A stretch of DNA of 63,606 nt, filler included, from Welwitschia mirabilis (taxonomy: Eukaryota): assembly GCA_051453625.1 (NCBI GenBank). It is 6 parts of one record of this genome, joined end to end, with 100 filler letters (N's around TTAATTAATTAA, not from the genome) between each part and the next. Parts side by side here need not be neighbours in the genome. Positions count along the whole stretch, not along the records: positions 1 to 20,342 come from JBOZIK010000001.1; positions 20,443 to 36,663 come from JBOZIK010000001.1; 4 more parts are not named here. One strand, given 5' to 3'. Positions 12,500 through 23,749 of this stretch are shown in pieces. Both the position numbers and the translations under genes were made by a program. The notes under the pieces were generated by a model, which had not been told where the DNA came from, ran no database searches, and saw nothing but the letters and a program-made list of their open reading frames with translations. How positions within the stretch are numbered: the first letter of the stretch is position 1; every line of letters begins with the position of its first letter.

Positions 12500-15400
12500 A
12501 ATAGTTTTTTAATTTATGCATTATCCCTTTTTGACATTGATGTATAGTTTGAGCCTATTAATCGATGATAATGACATATCTTCCCAACTATTAGCCATTC
12601 TAATACTTAGGAAAACTTCTTTTTTCAAAACTATTTTACATTAAACAACTAGAATTACCATTTGTGTTACTATTAGTATTTTGAATCTAAATTTCTTCAT
12701 CTCTTATAAGTATAATTTTTATGATCCTCTCATACTTTCATAGATCATGTGCATTTAGAAACATGATTGTGATGTTCATACATTAGTAGAATTAGTAATG
12801 TAACTCTGATAATAGATTCATCAAACCTCTTAAGATAAACTATAATCCTTATTATTTTATCTAAAATCACAAAACCCATATTCCATTTAATTCTTAACCT
12901 AAGCAAGATAAGGAATTATGTTTAATATTAATACTTAGACTCTCCCCTTCATGTATTACTTAATCTTATTATGCATCTACATGGAACTTTAATACCTCTT
13001 CACATAATGATCCATCTCCATTTTACCTCTATGAATTTGAACCTAAAGATCCTTTTTCTTATTAAGGAATTTTTATTCTTTGCTTTCTATCATCTCTCAT
13101 TATTCTTGTCCTTTATTTTCTCATAAAAACTAATCATTTTATCTTTTATTTTTGACTAATATACTCCACCTCCTAAAATTTAATAGTTCTCTTTAAATTC
13201 CTTAGAAAACACACTTCATAATTACATAGAATTACAACACCATATCAACATTACACAACGACATTTCAATCAGTAAATTTCTTCCACTTTACAAATATTT
13301 GATAAAATATGCAATAATTAAATTAAATTACTACTTAAATCATTGATCAACTAATAAGAATAAAAGGAGCTTTCTATAGTCCTATAATCTAATCATATGA
13401 ATTTAAAAAGAAATTGATAGTTAAATCAATAAAAATCAAACCATACTCTTTAGGGATGAGAAACAAACTAGTGAGGACATATAAGTAAGAAGAAAAGAAA
13501 AAAAGTGCATTTCTTTTATTGGATCTTCTATTTTAAGAACTTATAATTTCTATCTTTATTAATAAAAACTAGATGAATGTGATTTACTATAGATTAAATT
13601 TACCACTACAAACTTTTGTTATGCATCCTTATGTATATTTTCCACACATAAAACGAAAAAACAAAATTAGAGTAAATTGCCTTTAGTTTTTTCTTGATCT
13701 AGCTTAAAATATTATAATTTTAAAAATATAAGGGCACAATAAAGCATGGGTTTCAATGATAATAAAAATGTAGGTCCAAGAATTTAGGATTTATAATAAA
13801 ATAAAAAGACCTAAAATTTAAGCATTTTATACCATCTATTGAGAATCAAATAAGCAAGATCTAAGAAAAGAAAGAAAGATAAAACCTCCAAATAAACTAA
13901 AGTTTCATTGTCTTTTTCTAGAACTACTATAAGATATGATCTTATGAAGGATTTAGAGAAATTTATTATCAAATTTAAAATATTAATATGTGTTAAGGAC
14001 ATATGTCATGAACATAAAAATGTAACCTTTAATAATAAACATATATGAGTGGTCACTTATTATGAATAAAAATTGTAAAGATGATAAATATGTGAAAAAT
14101 ACCATGGAATTATTATTTTACAATAGATATTATATTTATGTGTTGATATATCATAAAAATATAAAAGACTTATGGAATTTTGGTATTTTACATTAACTTG
14201 TTAATATGTCAAACATTTAGTTACATATGTTGCAAAATGTTTTCTCTTTTGACCATCAAAAGATTGGATGTCATGTTTTAATACATATTATTTTCACTAG
14301 GACAACCAATTATAGGAGGATGATTATATTCATACATTAAATGTTTCTATAATTCATCCATCTTAATAAGAACATATCTTCCTTTAAATTGAATAATGTT
14401 ATCTTTTCTTATGCTATAGTGTCTATATTTGTTGATGTAGAAGTTGTTTTTTAAATGTTCTATAATTTTACTCTTTAATAGTCTTTAGGTATCTACTGTT
14501 TCTAAAGGAGGTTTTGAGCTTATTCTTTTTTACTCATGATATTAAGTTTGAAAATAAAAGTTAATAAAATTCATATATCCTTTTTATTTGAGATATAAGT
14601 TAGGATAAGTAAAAATATATTAAAGACCTTGATAATTAGTTTATACTTAAATTCTTATAATACGTAAATAATAATGTAATAATTTAAGAGAAAGAAGATT
14701 TTTATGAGTGATATATCATGTATAGAGTAATCTATTTCATGTGGATTTAATTTTCAGAATCCATAAGTTGTAATTGTACTCTCTTTTTTAAGAAACCATC
14801 TCAAAACTTTTCTTGATACATCAATGTATATAACACTTAGTTTTTTATTATTTAGGATTTCTAATATAAAAGAATTAATTAATAATTATTTTACATCATT
14901 AGATGATTTTTCATATTTTTCATTTCATTTATATAATTTTTTTTATTTCAGATATCTATTAAAGGACCTACATCTTTTGAAAGGTTTAGAATAAGACATG
15001 TATAATACATTGCAAAACCTAACTCTAATACATGAGTATAATTTACTTTATGATCATTCTAAAGTTTCTTGGATCTATATTTAACACATTCTTTGAAATT
15101 ATATCTAAGAAACTATATTCTTTTCTTCAAAAAAGCATTTAATTTCACAGTCACATATCTTTTTATTCCTTAGAACGTGGAAAAACATTCTAAAATGATT
15201 CTCATAATACTAATAGTTTTAGAAATAAAAAAGTACAACATCAATGACTACTATCATTAAACTACTTAGATATGATTAAAAAATATGATTATGATACTCA
15301 TAAAGGTGGAAGTGGCATTAGTTAATTTAAAAGACATAATGATGAACCTAAATTTCTCTAAACATTTTTTTTCACTTTGACCTATTGATGTTCTGACTTT
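12500..15400 (-). mobile_element. Very old Copia pol remnant (integrase to RNase H)
   Basis: Faint motifs only: GLMNLLSEL-like near 12800-12830 and an NGxAERKN-like stretch near 14240-14260. Many stops. Confidence 0.35.
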
Positions 15401-16399
15401 AGATTTGTCTTAGACAAATACTTAGCTACTTTCATGATAAAAAAGATCTTATATCCTTTGTAATGTTATATTTGTTTCTAATAGTAATCTTATTTAGTTA
15501 TTCATAATTATTATGTAATCTTAAAGTATGATCTTTAATTTTTAAATAAATAATACTAGAGCACTGTAAAAAGATACACAAGAAAGAATGAAATCTTTTG
15601 CTATTCTCTTCTTAAGTTGATTTCTCTGATATCAATTTTATAATAATTATTTAGTATTAGATAAGACCTAGAATTAATTCTGTTATGTACTCTACTTTCT
15701 TATGTGGAAAGTCCATTATATCTCTATAGAAAACACATCTAGATATTTGTTCAAGTAGATAGGAAGAATCTTTTATACGAAAATTAATAATGTTATGTTA
15801 ATAATTATGTAATTCATTATCTATTTAATAATATTTTCCTATGGTATTATTATAACTATTTTTTAATAATATATTCCTTCTATCTTTAAAAACTACTTAG
15901 ATTCCTTTGAGATTTATTTCCCTTCATTATTAATATGCAAGATTTTAGCTTTAAAACTAGAAAACATTTGGACTTGATTATTTTAATATTAAAAAGAATT
16001 AAATAAATGAAAAATGCTACTTAAAATAAATTGTCTACACATTTTTACAAAATTCATTAATAAAAATGAAAAACTAATGGCTATCCTTGGTGTTTCAATT
16101 GAAATTACTTCATATATATTAGAGCACATTAAGTTAAACTTCCTAGTTACTTTATAAGATCTTGGTTTAAATGGTCATCTTATTGCCTTACCAAACTTCA
16201 TGCCTTAAAATTTAGATTCTTAACATTAAAAACTTGTAAAATGTCTCTAAGGTGGCATATTCTTTATAATGAAACATGTCCAAGTCTAGCATGTGTCATT
16301 TAGTAGAATCTCCATCATATAATTCTAGAAGCAACTGATATTCATTTTTGAAATGTCAATTCTTTGAAAATTAATTATGTTACTTTTCATTTCAATTAA

Positions 16400-17200
16400 T
16401 CTATGAAATAGTTTTTCCACTAGATAATAAAATTTTATTTATCAACATGTGTAATGATAATAGATTTTATTTCAATTTGAGCATGAATAAAAATCTCTTA
16501 AATTAGTCAAATTAAGCCATGTAAAGATTGTATCAATATTATGTTAATTTTTCAAATTAATTATGAATTCTTATATATCATTTTCATTCTTCTTTAGAAC
16601 TTTTGAATCAACTTGCAGAATAAGTATTTCCTTGGAGTCATATGTTAAGTTGATCTAGTATGATCTCCAAGTAGATTAGCTTCGCTCAGTCTATTATAAG
16701 ATATACTAAATTAAACTTCTTCTTCACTTTAATCCTATAAAAATTTGACATAGGATATGGATTTTTTCTTACTATTAAAATATTATACTACATCTCTTAT
16801 CTCTTCTATCTAACTTAATTAACATTTATTTAAAATATACTCAAATGCAACTCTACATTTGAGTCCATAGCGGCCATTAATTCAACATATCCTACACCTT
16901 ATTTCTATTTTATCCTTCTTCTTAGATTGACCTTCTTAGTGTTACTTCTTATGATTACTTTTTTAATCCTATTATTTCAACTTATCACATTCATTTTCAT
17001 GGTTGTTACCTTTTTAATGTTCCTAACTATAATCTATATTATGTTTATCTTTATATCCTACAAAATTAGTTCCAATATCACTTCAATAAGATAATATGTT
17101 TTTAATCAAGATTTACAAGTATCTTAAATAGAATTTTAAAAGTCATGATCTTTAATATTTAGTTAGCTAATAGTGTTGTTAAGACCTAGTTATATGTTAA
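16400..17200 (-). mobile_element. Very old Copia RT/RNase H remnant
   Basis: Faint DADWAGD..TRRST-like segment at 16640-16695, PMDSNVEL at about 16845-16875, and an F.MKDLG-like segment near 17145-17165. Confidence 0.35.
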
Positions 17201-18697
17201 GACTAGTTGAGAACTCTTAATCGAGGACTTAAAATCATGATTAAGAATGAAATATTTTCCATCTAACATACACATTATATGATTTTATTTCTTCTTCCAT
17301 TAAAATTGTTGTTTATCATATTAATATTAAATCACATGTTGTTAATCATAGCATAATAGTACTCTTAAATTGATAATCATTATTAAATATTATTATAACT
17401 TATTCTATGTATTGAAACATAATAAGTATTAATTTGTTATCTAAAGTTCACTATCAATCATTGGTGGAGCCCTCTGTTCACGGATAAAACTCGTAATGAA
17501 TACAACTATCTTAAGGTTACTTATTATTTTGGTATATATCTTAAAATATTGATAAAATTAAGATGAAAACTATGATGAAAAATAGAGAATTTTGTTAGAT
17601 AAATGCTTTATTTCATATTCTATGAAAATGTCAAATTCTAGTAATTTATCTTATGTTTAATGATGAAAGAGATGTTATACCTAGTTGGATCATATGTTAG
17701 AGTTAGAAACATTGATAAAAACTAGTTAGCATTATTTAGATTTATTATTTAGTAATGTGCACATAAAAATCAATGTAACTAGTTTTTATAAAATATATAT
17801 CTACCTCATGCACAACACTTGCCTAAACTCTTACATAATATGCATTAATTAATTATGCATTATCTTATTAATATAATATAAACAAGCAACACATTATCAT
17901 TCCTATGTAACTTATCACTAATGTGATCCTTATTACAACTAATGAGTTATGTATTAATCTTTTTCTGATGATCATACTTACATTACCTAAATTATAAAGA
18001 CAGGGAGAGAGAGATGAAACATATAGGAATATTACACAACATGATTGAAAAGTACATATTGACTGCCATAATACCTATTTGGGGATGTTCCATACCTATA
18101 TTACATAACCTTATCTCATGTACTTATATGGAATAATAATAACAATGATGTAATGGTAAAAATGTTTTGAAAGTCACTATTTATTTTCACATGTAATTAA
18201 ATGGTTTAGTGAAAAAAGATTGTTATTTATTCCATTTTACTTTTCATATGGTATCTACAATGTGTCATTACATATGACTTTTAAAATAATTATAGTAATT
18301 TTAGTGCTCGATTTAGGTTAAAATTTTTATTATGTTTTAACACTATTTCATGATAGTAATGAATACTTTAGATTAGTTCATAGTAATGTGCATGTTTCAT
18401 TTTAATTATATTTTTGTATTAATGAAAATTAATCAATGAGATGATTGGAGCTATGTAGAGATATATATTTTAGTGATGTATACCCCTTGATTACATTTAC
18501 TTTATGATTATGATATTTTTATTTTGATTATTTACATATAATTTATTATTGTAAATCATATTTATTTTTATAAGAGGGTAAGCTAAGTAGGTAGGTATGT
18601 GCCAAACAAATGCCTATTGGCACCTAAGCCCATATGAATTATAGGCTCCTACTAATGTATGGGTTTGAACTCAGGTCACTACATGAGCTATGATGTC

Positions 18698-18884
18698 TGT
18701 TAAGCGCTGAAGCATAGGATAAATGGCATTGAAGCACCAATGAACAGCGTCGAAGCGCTGATGAGTGTTGATGAACAAAACCCATGCCTAGAGTGGGTTT
18801 TATAGACAAGAAACGCTGGTGGTTTCAGAGCATTTCTGTGGGCAGAGCATCGAACGGAGTACCCCAATTGAGCCACACTTAATA
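18698..18884 (-). repeat. 187-bp 3' LTR of TRIM-like family A
   Basis: Minus strand reads PPT TGGGGGAGAT, then TATTAAGTGTGGCTCAATT...CTATAAAA...CAGCGCTTAACA. Partial second copy at 19174-19259. Confidence 0.75.
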
Positions 18885-19981
18885 ATCTCCCCCATGGCTC
18901 AAATTAGCTTGTCATGCCAAGTAACAAAAGGGCGGAAAATGCCGAAAGAGCACACAGGTGGAAACTACAACCATGCAAGCAGGAAACACTGCATTAGTAG
19001 GAGACACACAAAAGCTTAGTGCATCACGTGAGAGAGGCGACGTGGAGCAATGGCGCGGAACGACAGCGTGGAGNNNNNNNNNNNNNNNNNNNNNNNNNNN
19101 NNNNNNNNNNNNNNNNNNNNNNNNNNNNNNNNNNNNNNNNNNNNNNNNNNNNNNNNNNNNNNNNNNNNNNNNNTTTATAGACAAGAAACACTGGTAGTTT
19201 CAGAGCGTTTCTGTGGGTGGAGCGTCGAATGGTGTGCCCCAGTTGAGCCACACTTAATAATCTTCCCCATGGCTCAAATTGGCTTGTCATGCCAAGTAAT
19301 GAAAGGGCGGAAAATGCCGAAAGAGCACACAGGTGGAGACTACAACCATGCAAGCAGGAAACACTGCATTAGCAGGAGATACATAAAAGCTTAGTGCATC
19401 GCGTGACAGAGGCGACATGGAGAAATGGCGCGGAACGGCAGTTCGAAGCACAGTGGGGTGGTCAAAAAAGCATGAAGCAGCACCATCGAAGCACAGCGAC
19501 ATGGCCGAAAAAGGCAACCACAGGGATGCTGAAAACGCTCATATGGAGCGCAAAGAAAACAAGGGAAACAAAAAACCGATAAGCGTGAGCCGAAATGGTA
19601 AAGACGCATAGCAGAGTAAACTGACAAGAAAATTCCAAACAAACTGAAAAGAAGTTTTAGGATATGAGGTTTTGAGAGATCATTCCTGTGCTGCAGCAGT
19701 TGACAATTGTACAGGCGTTAAGAGCATGACATGGCAGAACTACAGATAGTTTATGAACCACCTTTGAATAACCAAAAAAGTGAAGACAACTTATGGGCTG
19801 CACCAAAAGGAACGCCAGATCAGGCTAGGCAAAGGCTGCCTTAGGTGGAAAAACTCCGCAGAGTGCGAGGAGCACAAGAATGGCAGCCAAACAGACGACA
19901 GGTGGCGGATAGCACAAGGAAGGGGAGCTATAAAAATAGTAAGAGCCGCAGCTAGAATGAGCACCGATTACAGGAGAAAGG

Positions 19982-20149
19982 CACTTTTGGGAGGTGCTTG
20001 CTATTGGCGATATTGTGGTCAAAAAGGTGCATACCTTTGAAAATCCTGTAGATATGTTAACTAAGCCTTTTCCGAAAGTTAAGTTCAAACAATGTTCGGC
20101 CACCATAGGCCTATATAACCCTTCCCTTCTAGTTAGAACGTCAATTTGA
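19982..20149 (+). pseudogene. C-terminal Copia RNase H vestige
   Basis: Open frame HFWEVLAIGDIVVKKVHTFENPVDMLTKPFPKVKFKQCSATIGL...*, matching Copia HFIRE...KIHT.ENPADMLTKPLP..KF, immediately before a PPT. Confidence 0.85.
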
Positions 20150-20163
20150 GCTAAGGTGGAGAT

Positions 20164-20342
20164 TGCTAAGATGTGTGACTCAAAGTTGAGCCCACATCCC
20201 TAAGTTCTCTAGCTGAGATGACACCTCAAACCATCAGACGCCCATGGTTTCTGTTTGAAATCATTGGGCATATTTCTCTATAAATACAATACAACCTTAG
20301 CTTTCAAAGGTTGAGAGAAAACAATATATTTCTCATATCGCT
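20164..20342 (+). repeat. 3' LTR of TRIM-like family B (last ~8 nt lost in gap)
   Basis: Preceded by PPT AAGGTGGAGAT (20153-20163). 10 mismatches in 179 nt, counted by eye, against the reverse complement of 21867-22045. Confidence 0.85.
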
Positions 20343-20442
20343 NNNNNNNNNNNNNNNNNNNNNNNNNNNNNNNNNNNNNNNNNNNNTTAATTAATTAANN
20401 NNNNNNNNNNNNNNNNNNNNNNNNNNNNNNNNNNNNNNNNNN
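20343..20442. other. Artificial contig linker N44-TTAATTAATTAA-N44 (also at 36664-36763, 52074-52173, 55322-55421, 58583-58682)
   Basis: Identical 12-mer with stops in all six frames, centred in exactly 100 positions at five places. Confidence 0.95.
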
Positions 20443-21844
20443 GCCCCTACGCACTGCATGGCCGAGCACTTCTCATCCATGCCTATGCCATCTGTCATCC
20501 GCGTCTGCCCATTACTATTGCTTTGTCTGCGCGAACACTCTCCGCATCTGCAGCCGCCTCCTACTGGCTTTATGTACGCCCTTGACCACCGTTTTACGGA
20601 CTGCTTCAATCTTCTCTACGCGCCCGCATTTCTTAAGTGCCTTCTTCCATTGCGATCCTTTCCGCTTACACGGCCTCTGCGCCTACACCTACGATNNNNN
20701 NNNNNNNNNNNNNNNNNNNNNNNNNNNNNNNNNNNNNNNNNNNNNNNNNNNNNNNNNNNNNNNNNNNNNNNNNNNNNNNNNNNNNNNNNNNNNNNAACAC
20801 TCTCCGCATCTGCAGCCGCCTCCGACTGGCTTTATGTAAGCCCTTGACCACCGTTTTACAGACTGCTTCAATCTTCTCTACGCGCCCGCATTTCTTACAT
20901 GCCTTCTTCCATTGCGGTCCTTTCCGCTTACACGGCCTCTGCGCCTACACCTACTATGTGCCTTCTGCCAATGCGGTTTGCTCCGCTTGGATGGTCATGT
21001 TTACGCCTCTCGCACACTTTTCGCCTGGCTGTCTCTGTCTGCGCTACGTCTATGTGCATACTTGCTGCTTTCATGGCTTTTCTCACTAGTGCGTTGCTCT
21101 TCGACACTTTTTGCCAGTAAGGCTCATTCCTGCTTGATGCCTCACCTCTGTCTGTGTGTGTCAGCGTTTTTTTAATTTTTTTTTGTTCTTGCGGATTTTT
21201 TTGTTGCTGATCCCTTTCACCAGCCTCCATGACTCCCTTTCGCCAGCGCGTGTGCAGCTTAGAGATTTTGTCTCTATTCCTTCTCGGTTGTGTTTTCCTA
21301 CATTGACAGATCCTTCGCCGCATCGCTGTGATTTCCAAATTTCCCACGGTGCTGCTTTCTTCTACGTCGGCGTCTAAAAGAATCCAGGAACGTCGGAACA
21401 AAGAGAGGCACAGCAGTTGGGAAGAGTGATGACTCTAAAACAAGCACCGAGTAATCTATAGGAAACACAGGGCAGGCAGGAAGATGGCCCAGAGAGGTAA
21501 GCAGTGAACGCAAGCACGGACGCTGAGTAAGGGCGGAAGATAGCAAGTGGACGTGATTCATTGATCCTTTGTAGTGCTGATCATAAGTTGGCACACAAGG
21601 CAAATTTAATTTAATTTCCGGTTTGGCAAGAAGCGAAGCAAAAGCTGTTGAGCCAGGAGGAAACTCCGCGCTAGCGCATAATGGTAGGGAAAACAGTGGC
21701 ATGAGAACCATTAACCAGCGAGGCAGAATGGCAAAGCGCTGAAAAGCAGCATGGAAGAATGGCGGGGCGCCGAAAGCACAACAACGCTAACGGTGCAGGA
21801 GGATGGGCATGTGAAGAATGCGCAGAAGATGGACACGTCAAACG

Positions 21845-21856
21845 GCTCTGATACCA
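21845..21856 (-). other. Primer-binding site, initiator tRNA-Met
   Basis: Perfect TGGTATCAGAGC 2 nt downstream of the LTR end ...GCTCTACA on the minus strand. Confidence 0.9.
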
Positions 21857-21858
21857 TT

Positions 21859-22045
21859 TGTAGAGCAGCGCTATGAGAAATATATTGTTTTCTCTCAAAC
21901 TTTGAAAGCTCAGGTTGTATTGTATTTATAGAGAAATATGCCCAATGATTTCAAACAGAAACCATGGGCATCTGATGGTTTGAGGTGCCATCTCAGCCAG
22001 GGAACTTAGGGATGTGGGCTCAAATTTGAGCCACACATCTTAACA
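21859..22045 (-). repeat. 187-bp 5' LTR of TRIM-like family B
   Basis: TG...CA ends (TGTTAAG...CTCTACA), internal CTATAAAT, followed by the PBS. Confidence 0.88.
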
Positions 22046-22410
22046 ATGTCAATTCCTAAAAATAGAACTTATGGACTCTATATTGCATCATGTCAACTAA
22101 TTATATGTCTACACTATGATGATCATTCTTCTTAATGTGATGATGACTTGGAGATATAAGTTAAACCTTTTAAAACTATACTCCTACTATTTAATCAGAT
22201 GTACATATACATTACAATAGTTATTAAGATATTTTACTATTAAACTATTTGTATTACAATGTATGTATTATATATCCATACATAAATTAATCCTCCTTGT
22301 GTAGTAAAGATCTTTTAGTTATTTTGATTCCTATCCATAATTGTTCTCCATGTATAAACTCCATAAGCATCTTCATTTGTTAAAGGAATAAGTCTTATAG
22401 GTTACACAAT

Positions 22411-22640
22411 TTACTTAGCCACTTAAATTCCCTCATCCAACTCATACTTCCCTATATGAAATATGTCAGACTTATCTAAGGAAATTTTGTGATTATATAA
22501 GCTAAGTCATTACAAAAAAAAGGTTTTACTTAGCCACTTAAATTCTCTCATCCAATGCATACTTCTCTATATGAAATATAAGTCATAGACTTATTTAAGG
22601 AAATTTTATGGTTAGACAAGCCAAGGCAATCTATAAGAAA
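22411..22640. repeat. Tandem duplication, ~115-bp unit
   Basis: TTACTTAGCCACTTAAATTC(C/T)CTCATCCAA...AAGGAAATTTT begins at 22411 and 22526 with no gap between the copies. Confidence 0.8.
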
Positions 22641-23749
22641 GGTTTTGATAAGATCATTTGTTAATTTTTTGTAATAGAATTTTTAAGCATTTGATGACAA
22701 AATATAAAACTATATGTATGGTAGCTACTTCCAACTACCCTTAAATAAGTTATCATGTTAAGAAAAGCTTATAAATCTTAAATGTAATAGCACGTTCCAA
22801 TGAACACTAGATGTTGATAAAAGAGTTACTTATTTTTTTTGGGGGGGGCGGGGAGAAAGGAGTTAGTTTACTTACCTCCTTAATGCTTTACAATACTTGT
22901 AACACTATTATACTTATTATCATAACATAAAAAGCCATATCTTTGGTTGAAATCTAAAAGTCCATAAATAAACCCACTCGTTGGCTTGAGCATGGAAAGC
23001 AAATATTGAATGTAAAATTGTCTTAAAATGTTTATGAAAAAACTTTTCATTGTATTATAGATATTGAACATGGAGCATATTGGACCATTAAACAATTAAA
23101 AATTAATCATTTAAAATATTTAGAAATATAAAAGGCGAACTTAATGAGTTGCATGAGACTAGGAATCAAACTTATGAAAATTACAAATTCAAACGAATAG
23201 AATGAAAAAGTTCCTTAACATACATATCCTTTAAAAAACTTATTTTCCTTATAAATATATATTTTTTTGTAATTATAAATTTTATCTCTTTCCTGAAACA
23301 TAAATAAAAAATGGAGTGGTGATGTTTAAGTTTAAATAAAACTTATTTTATCATTTTTTTTATTTCTAATTTAAGTCTAAAAACAAACAAGAGATTTAAA
23401 GCAAATGAACAATGATTAAAACCTATATCATTCTTCCATCATCTTTATGTTAACTAACTCAAATTCTTCAGGTTCTGTTAGTTTCATTTTTCATGTTTAT
23501 TAGTTCAGAAACTACTAAAGTAAAATACTATAAAGTTTTTTAAAATTAAAAATAACCTTATTATAAATACATTAAGTATGATAAGTGGATTGAGAAATTG
23601 CAGCTCTATCAACCCTTCTCAGAAACGTCCAAATATTTCATTTTTAATAGTTGGATAGAGATACCAAGTTGTATGTTAACAGACTTTCAATGAAGAATTG
23701 CTAAAGAAGATTGATGATATAAAAACAATTGCAATACATATCTGTATGT

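Larger units (their letters stand above)
18698..22045 (-). mobile_element. Composite non-autonomous Copia-derived (TRIM-like) insertion with 5-bp TSD ATGTC
   Basis: ATGTC(18693-18697)|TGTTAAG ... CTTAACA|ATGTC(22046-22050). Sharp jump in GC and CpG content at the boundaries. Contains a PBS, two kinds of PPT/LTR junction and no long ORF. Confidence 0.8.

Noticed and set aside
18655-18697. tRNA/SINE-like B-box (GAGTTCAAACCC on minus strand) at the TRIM target site
   Set aside because: A-box spacing is wrong and there is no cloverleaf or tail; too decayed to support.
20387-20398. Recurrent TTAATTAATTAA palindrome (5 copies)
   Set aside because: Always centred in N44 blocks; a synthetic six-frame-stop linker, not biological.
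18819-21898. Many overlapping 60-157 aa ORFs in the GC-rich insertion
   Set aside because: No recognisable motifs. Expected from high GC content, and several span N gaps. Only the RNase H vestige is supported.
22830-23749. Poly(A) remnant or TSD proving retroposition of the kinase
   Set aside because: Only short T runs typical of AT-rich DNA and no convincing flanking direct repeat, so the retrogene origin remains inference.
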